Shown in pieces: positions 59,357-64,000 of a DNA stretch of 64,000 bases. Source of the stretch: Candidatus Binatia bacterium (GTDB taxonomy: Bacteria; Desulfobacterota; Binatia; UBA12015). The DNA lies in assembly GCA_965658895.1 (NCBI GenBank), contig CBFHUR010000004.1, forward strand, positions 67,647 to 131,646, written 5' to 3'. Position 1 is the first letter of the stretch. Each line of letters opens with the position of its first letter. The notes under the pieces are model-generated. The model was not told the DNA's origin and made no database searches. It was given only the letters and a program-made list of their open reading frames with translations. The translations under genes were made by a program, and so were the position numbers.

Positions 59357-59815
59357 TCAACCCGCGAGAAGCTCTTCCGCCATTTTCTTCACATTGGCAG
59401 CGTCCACTTGTCCCTTATGCGTCTTCATCACGGCCCCGACCAGGCGACCGATCTGGCCGGGTTCGGTGACACCGTTGTCTTCCATGCGCTCGCGTACCAG
59501 AGCCCGCAGCTCCTCTTCACCGAGTTGTGTCGGAAGAAATCCGGCACAGAATTCGACCTCGAAGGAGATCTTGCGGAATTGCTCCACTCCGGGTTCGCCC
59601 AGCTTTTCATACTCGGCGGCCGCCTTCTTCATTTGCTTCTGGTAGGCGGCGATCACGTCCAGCCAGAGGGCATCGGTAACCTCGCCCGAAAAGCCCTTGG
59701 CGGTTGTCTTTTCCTGCACCCGGCTTTTCAGCATGCGGAGCACATCGAGCACCGCCTGATCCTTCTCGCGCAGAGCGGTCTTGAGCCGGCTCTCGATCTC
59801 ATTCTGGATCGCCAT
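59357..59815 (-). CDS. GatB/YqeY domain protein
   Basis: 152 aa with a characteristic YqeY helix pattern (MAIQNEIESRLKTALREKD...GQVDAANVKKMAEELL). Confidence 0.8.
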   Translation of the reverse strand: MAIQNEIESRLKTALREKDQAVLDVLRMLKSRVQEKTTAKGFSGEVTDALWLDVIAAYQKQMKKAAAEYEKLGEPGVEQFRKISFEVEFCAGFLPTQLGEEELRALVRERMEDNGVTEPGQIGRLVGAVMKTHKGQVDAANVKKMAEELLAG

Positions 59816-59826
59816 CTCTGTTCTCC

Positions 59827-60699
59827 TCAGTCCTGAATTTCCAGCGGTGTTTCCCCCGCGATTGTGGTGCGGTGCATGACCCGCCGATGCCCCTCATAGC
59901 CACCCTCGGCCTGATGCATCGTGCGGCGATTGTCCCACATCACGAGCATATCCGGTTGCCAGTGGTGCCGGTATATAAAGCGCTCTTCGACCTGATGGAG
60001 GTACAACATCCCGAGCAAACCCTGGCTCTCCTCAGCGGAAAGGCCTTCGATCTCGACGGTATAGACCGGGTTGACGAACAGAGCCGTCCGGTCGCTCTCG
60101 GGATGCCGGCGCACAACCGGATGCGTCTCTCGTGCTTCGGCCTCGGGCGAGATCACAATTTTGGTTGTACTGGGGTGTGGATCGGTTTGCAGAATACCAC
60201 GGGGACCATAGGCGGCTCCCGCCGAGTGGACCGCACGCATGCCGCGCAAGCGATTCTTCAGATCGGGATCGAGTGCATCGAAGGCACCGGCGGTATCGGC
60301 AAAAAGAGTATCCCCGCCCACCGGGGGCACCGTCTTGGCATGCAATATCGTGGCGGAAGGCGGCGCGGACTGAAAACTCCAATCGGAATGCCAAGCCGCG
60401 CCAAAGACGTAGGACTTCTCGTCAGGCTCGCGCGCCAACTCTACAATGTGGGGATGCTCGCCCATTCCCTCCAGATAGGGATCTCGACCGTAGGGCCCGA
60501 TCTCGGCGCTGAAACGCTCGAGACCTTCGTGGTCCAGAGGTTGGTCGGGGAAGACCAGCACCCCATGCAGAGACCAGGCTTGGCGAATTTCCGCCAAAGC
60601 CTCCCGAGGAAGTGTCTCGCTCAGATCGATGCCGGACACCACCGCACCGAATCCACTCGGGCGGGGTCGGACTTCGATGTGGCTATTCCCGGTCTTCAT
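59827..60699 (-). CDS. TauD/TfdA family Fe(II)/2-oxoglutarate-dependent dioxygenase
   Basis: HxD facial triad region AWHSDWSF, distal His HRVMHRT and R near the C-terminus. Start is taken at MKTGNSHIEV. Upstream in-frame K/R-rich translation is probably the shadow of the small gene on another frame. Confidence 0.75.
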   Translation of the reverse strand: MKTGNSHIEVRPRPSGFGAVVSGIDLSETLPREALAEIRQAWSLHGVLVFPDQPLDHEGLERFSAEIGPYGRDPYLEGMGEHPHIVELAREPDEKSYVFGAAWHSDWSFQSAPPSATILHAKTVPPVGGDTLFADTAGAFDALDPDLKNRLRGMRAVHSAGAAYGPRGILQTDPHPSTTKIVISPEAEARETHPVVRRHPESDRTALFVNPVYTVEIEGLSAEESQGLLGMLYLHQVEERFIYRHHWQPDMLVMWDNRRTMHQAEGGYEGHRRVMHRTTIAGETPLEIQD

Positions 60700-60721
60700 C
60701 AACTTGCTTGCGAAAGCGCCC

Positions 60722-60961
60722 TCAACCCCGATCCGAATCTTCCGAGGTCTCTTCGTCTTCGCTTTCGACTTCTTCGGGCTCGGCCAGACCGAGACCGACC
60801 AGATCCTCTGTGCTCGCGATCTGAGGTCCCTTGGCCCGCTCTTCGCCCTCTTCCCCGGGCTCCGGGCGCCTTTCGGCCATGCGCTTTTTCTTGTCCTCGC
60901 GCTTACGAATCCGGGCAAGTTCCTTTTGCCGCTTCTGGAATGTGAGCCGCGATTTAGCCAA
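60722..60961 (-). CDS. Small bipolar charged protein (Lys/Arg-rich N-terminus, Glu/Asp-rich C-terminus), hypothetical
   Basis: 79 aa: MAKSRLTFQKRQKELARIRKREDKKKRMAERR...EPEEVESEDEETSEDSDRG. It is non-overlapping and lies directly upstream of the TauD-like gene. No recognisable family. Confidence 0.35.
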   Translation of the reverse strand: MAKSRLTFQKRQKELARIRKREDKKKRMAERRPEPGEEGEERAKGPQIASTEDLVGLGLAEPEEVESEDEETSEDSDRG

Positions 60962-61182
60962 GATTCATCTCCGACACCCGCATACAACCTCCGAAATCTG
61001 CTTCGCCTTCTGAAAAACCCGCCAATGGAGTCTTTTTTCAGGGAAGCCAGCCCTCCCCCAGAAATCTGCGTAGGCTTATCCTTACTGACTGGAGGCCCGA
61101 GAATCCATGCCCGGGAGGCCAACCCATCAATTTCGTGCATTTTTTGCTGTTCTGACGAGCTGAGCCGGAGTAAATCCCCCTG

Positions 61183-62016
61183 ATGACCTACCAGAATCAA
61201 GTCGCCATCGTCACAGGAGCCTCCTCGGGGATCGGGCACGCCACCGCACTGGCCCTGGCCCGGAAAGGCGCTCGGGTGGTCGCTGTCGCCCGCCGTCAGC
61301 CCCTTCTCGACGACCTGATCGGCCTCTGCCGGCCTTTCTCACCAGATTCATTCGCGATTTCGGGAGACCTAGCCGAGCGAGCCTTTGCCGAAAACCTCGT
61401 CGACCTGACCGAAGACCGCTGTGGTCGGGTGGATATCCTCGTCAACAATGCCGGGATTTCGTGCCACCAATCTGCCTTGAGCCTGACCCCGGAGGACGCC
61501 GACCTGGTGATGCGGGTGAATTTCATGGCCCCGATGTGGACGACCCTGCGTGCCCTCCCCGCCTTTCTGCGAGCCGGGGGAGGTACGATCGTGAACGTCT
61601 CGAGCTTTGCCGCCAAGGTCTGCCCACCTCGGGAGGGAATTTATGCTGCCTCCAAGGCTGCGTTGAACGCCTTTACCGCCGGACTCTGGTCAGACCTCGA
61701 GGGGACCGGGATCCACGCGGGCATCGTCAACCCCGGACCGATCGACACCCCCATCTGGGAGCGGCAAGCTCATGAGGAGCCTGCCGGTTTCTCCGGCCAC
61801 AAATTCCCGCCCGAGGTCGTGACCCGCGCCATTCTCGAAGTGATCGAAAAACGAGTTCGCGAAGTCACCGCCCCCCGGGGAAACCCCCAACTCGTCTCCG
61901 CCCATCTCCTGCGCCTGGTGGCACCGGGCCTGCTTTTGCGGGGCATGGCGCAGATGGAACCCGTGGCGCCCGAAACAATTGAGGCGGCGCGAGAACAGGC
62001 CCGCCGTCGCCTCTAA
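61183..62016 (+). CDS. Short-chain dehydrogenase/reductase (SDR) family oxidoreductase
   Basis: TGASSGIG cofactor motif, NNAG and the catalytic YAASKAA. Confidence 0.85.
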   Translation: MTYQNQVAIVTGASSGIGHATALALARKGARVVAVARRQPLLDDLIGLCRPFSPDSFAISGDLAERAFAENLVDLTEDRCGRVDILVNNAGISCHQSALSLTPEDADLVMRVNFMAPMWTTLRALPAFLRAGGGTIVNVSSFAAKVCPPREGIYAASKAALNAFTAGLWSDLEGTGIHAGIVNPGPIDTPIWERQAHEEPAGFSGHKFPPEVVTRAILEVIEKRVREVTAPRGNPQLVSAHLLRLVAPGLLLRGMAQMEPVAPETIEAAREQARRRL

Positions 62017-62037
62017 TCAGGCGAGCTCGAGCGCCAA

Positions 62038-62661
62038 TCAGCCACCTGTTTCCTCGGCACCGGCAGTCGATGGCGTGGCCGATGCCACGACGCTGAGATT
62101 CCGGCCCGCGTCGTGTTCCACAACGACCACCTCGCAGTTCCCCGCCACCCGCGGGCGTTCAAAACTGCCTTCCACATGGGCGCAGAGGGCCAGCATGGTG
62201 CCCCCGTGGCTGACCAGCACCACATCCTGGTCCGGGTAGGCTGCGGCAACTCGCTGCAGAACTGCACCTGCACGCTCCTGCACGTCTTCCAGCGACTCGC
62301 CTTGTGGTGGTCGCCAGGCCCAATACCGCGCCGGATCGTAGTCCGGATGCGCCGCCATCGCGCCATAGGGTTCTCCGGCGAGATCCCCGATCGACCGCTC
62401 CCGAAGATCTTCCTCGACCTCGATGCGGAATTCACCCTCGAGGCATTCGGCGATCAATCCCGCCGTCCGTTGCGCACGATAGTAGGAACTCGCAATGATC
62501 CTGGTGGGCGCGTAGGCCTTCGCGATCGCCTCACCCGTCGCCCGGGCCTGAGCCACGCCGCGCTCGGTCAGGTCAATCGAAGAGTCCCGCGAAAACTGCC
62601 GCTCGACATTCCCGGTACTTTCGCCGTGACGGACAAGGAGGATACGACCGGCACGCTTCAT
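62038..62661 (-). CDS. Histidine phosphatase family protein (phosphoglycerate mutase-like)
   Basis: ILLVRHGESTGN (RHG motif) and a downstream VSHGG. Start is taken at MKRAGRILLV. Confidence 0.75.
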   Translation of the reverse strand: MKRAGRILLVRHGESTGNVERQFSRDSSIDLTERGVAQARATGEAIAKAYAPTRIIASSYYRAQRTAGLIAECLEGEFRIEVEEDLRERSIGDLAGEPYGAMAAHPDYDPARYWAWRPPQGESLEDVQERAGAVLQRVAAAYPDQDVVLVSHGGTMLALCAHVEGSFERPRVAGNCEVVVVEHDAGRNLSVVASATPSTAGAEETGG

Positions 62662-62743
62662 CGACAGCCGCCACAGACTCTGCGACATAGGCTGGCGCGA
62701 CCCGCTCCGGCGCGAGGGAGCCCAACTGCCGGAAATATCACCA

Positions 62744-63067
62744 TCATACGGCCTCGATTTCTTCGAGTTTCTCCACCAGAAACGTCGTCCGCTGGCCACT
62801 CCCGACAAACGACAGCAAACGCATCGGGAGGTATTTTCGTGCAAACGCCTTGTTCAGGCGCCGGTGCACGGTGGGGTCTTCCACGACGCGAACCGAGCCG
62901 CGCAATCGATGGCCCTCGACGTCGAACTCGACATGTTCCGCAGCGAGGGCATTCTTGACCCACGCCCGGGTGTCGTCTCGGGTTCCCAGACCAATGGATT
63001 GCTCCTCACAGACAAACCAGATGGTGACCGAGCGAGGCTTTCCACTCTTGCGCCCCGGCGCTGTCAT
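62744..63067 (-). CDS. PNPOx-like / deazaflavin-dependent nitroreductase family (DUF385-like) protein
   Basis: TAPGRKSGKPRSVTIWFV and AWVKNALAAEHVEFDVEG match the family's GRKSGKPR and W..NL.A.P.V blocks. The start is uncertain and the protein is short. Confidence 0.5.
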   Translation of the reverse strand: MTAPGRKSGKPRSVTIWFVCEEQSIGLGTRDDTRAWVKNALAAEHVEFDVEGHRLRGSVRVVEDPTVHRRLNKAFARKYLPMRLLSFVGSGQRTTFLVEKLEEIEAV

Positions 63068-63257
63068 GCGAATTTCCTTGCTCCGCGCAATTTTGTCGAG
63101 ATTCAAAGATTCACCCTTTCCGTCCTCATCCACCGGACCTGCCCACAGGCTAAGCCAAGCGCGGCCGCCCCGCCAGCCTGACGAACTGCTGCTCCCGAGA
63201 TTGCAGCAACATTCCGGATCCGGCAAATAGAGATGGTACTTGGGAGATCTCCCCACC

Positions 63258-63971
63258 ATGAACATCGATTTTGCCTTCGAAAGCCATACGGGCCACGTCC
63301 GTGCCTCCAACCAGGACTCGGTGGGATGCTTTCCCGAGCGTGGACTCTTCATTGTCGCCGACGGCATGGGCGGGCACCAGGACGGCGAAAAAGCGAGTCA
63401 GATGGCAGTCCAGGAAATTCTCGGCAACTATCCCCCTCCCGCCGATCCGCTCGACGTCGAGAGCCTCGCTCTTGCGATCCGCGAAGCCAACGCCCGCATC
63501 CACGCAGCCGGAGCTTCCGCGGCCGGCCGCCGATCGATGGGAACGACAGTGGTCGCCCTCGCGCTCGATGCCGCAGCCGGATCTGCCGCATGGGCCCATG
63601 TCGGGGACAGTCGCCTCTACCGCTACCGCAACCAGGAACTTGAACTCCTGACCGCGGACGATACCCAATACGGATTTCCCTATCGCGAAAGCGGCTCGCC
63701 GCCGATCCATTTGACCCATACGAACCAATTAATGGCGGCTCTGGGCATTTCGGCCGCCGTTCGGGTCAACACGGCCGCGCAGTCGCTGGCCTCCGGCGAC
63801 ACCTTTCTTTTGTGCAGCGACGGTGTCTCCGGGATGCTGCCACCGGAAGCGATCCGAACCTTCCTCGGCAATCACGAGGGGCCGGCGGCGACAACCGCCC
63901 GGCTGATTGCCAGTTCGCTCCAGGCCGGCGGACGCGACAACGCCAGCGCCATCGTGGTCCATATCGAGTAG
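63258..63971 (+). CDS. PP2C-family Ser/Thr protein phosphatase (Stp1-like)
   Basis: Metal-binding motifs FIVADGMGGH, GTTVVAL, LLCSDGV and GRDNASAIVV. Confidence 0.85.
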   Translation: MNIDFAFESHTGHVRASNQDSVGCFPERGLFIVADGMGGHQDGEKASQMAVQEILGNYPPPADPLDVESLALAIREANARIHAAGASAAGRRSMGTTVVALALDAAAGSAAWAHVGDSRLYRYRNQELELLTADDTQYGFPYRESGSPPIHLTHTNQLMAALGISAAVRVNTAAQSLASGDTFLLCSDGVSGMLPPEAIRTFLGNHEGPAATTARLIASSLQAGGRDNASAIVVHIE

Positions 63972-64000
63972 GAATGGACCCCCCGAGTCAGAGCACTCAG

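Overview
This is a high-GC bacterial chromosomal segment with very dense coding. Many adjacent genes share 4-nt ATGA/GTGA start-stop overlaps, and GTG/TTG starts are frequent. I found no transposase, integrase, CRISPR array, tRNA or rRNA.

The dominant feature is a glycan/glycoconjugate assembly locus of about 27 kb (3.9-31 kb) made of two long operon-like arrays.
- The plus-strand array (3883-12123) encodes a DUF2304-like protein, a non-fGly sulfatase-fold transferase, a membrane-anchored SGNH/AlgJ-like protein, an MBOAT acyltransferase, a SAM methyltransferase, a Dpm1-like polyprenyl-phosphate sugar synthase and a cobalamin-dependent radical SAM enzyme.
- The minus-strand array (30984 down to 12149) encodes a GtrB/ArnC-like GT2, three GT4, three GT2, a Wzx flippase and a second Dpm1-like synthase.
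- It also encodes three GT-C-fold membrane glycosyltransferases, one of them fused to C-terminal HEAT repeats.
- Three stand-alone SAM methyltransferases and a GT2-methyltransferase fusion complete the array.
- A lipoprotein M6 metalloprotease gene abuts the island divergently.

A second notable region (41-50.6 kb) is a co-directional eight-gene array.
- It starts with a single-chain EgtD-EgtB (Egt1-like) fusion and an enolase-superfamily protein.
- These are followed by the uncharacterised cassette of a retropepsin-like protease, an inactive-transglutaminase 7TM protein and a RimK-like ATP-grasp ligase.
- An MFS transporter with HEAT repeats and a class-A beta-lactamase-fold hydrolase close the array.

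Other features of note:
- Next to a family-B DNA polymerase lies a large signal-peptide-bearing protein carrying a PEP-utilising mobile His domain ahead of a PPDK_N nucleotide-binding domain.
- A three-gene operon of SCP2, FAD reductase and CFA-synthase-like methyltransferase is present.
- Housekeeping and stress genes (ettA, ligA, hsp20, P450, crotonase, YqeY, TauD, SDR, PP2C phosphatase) fill the remainder.

All calls rest on reading the translated ORFs and the nucleotide context. No database search was run.
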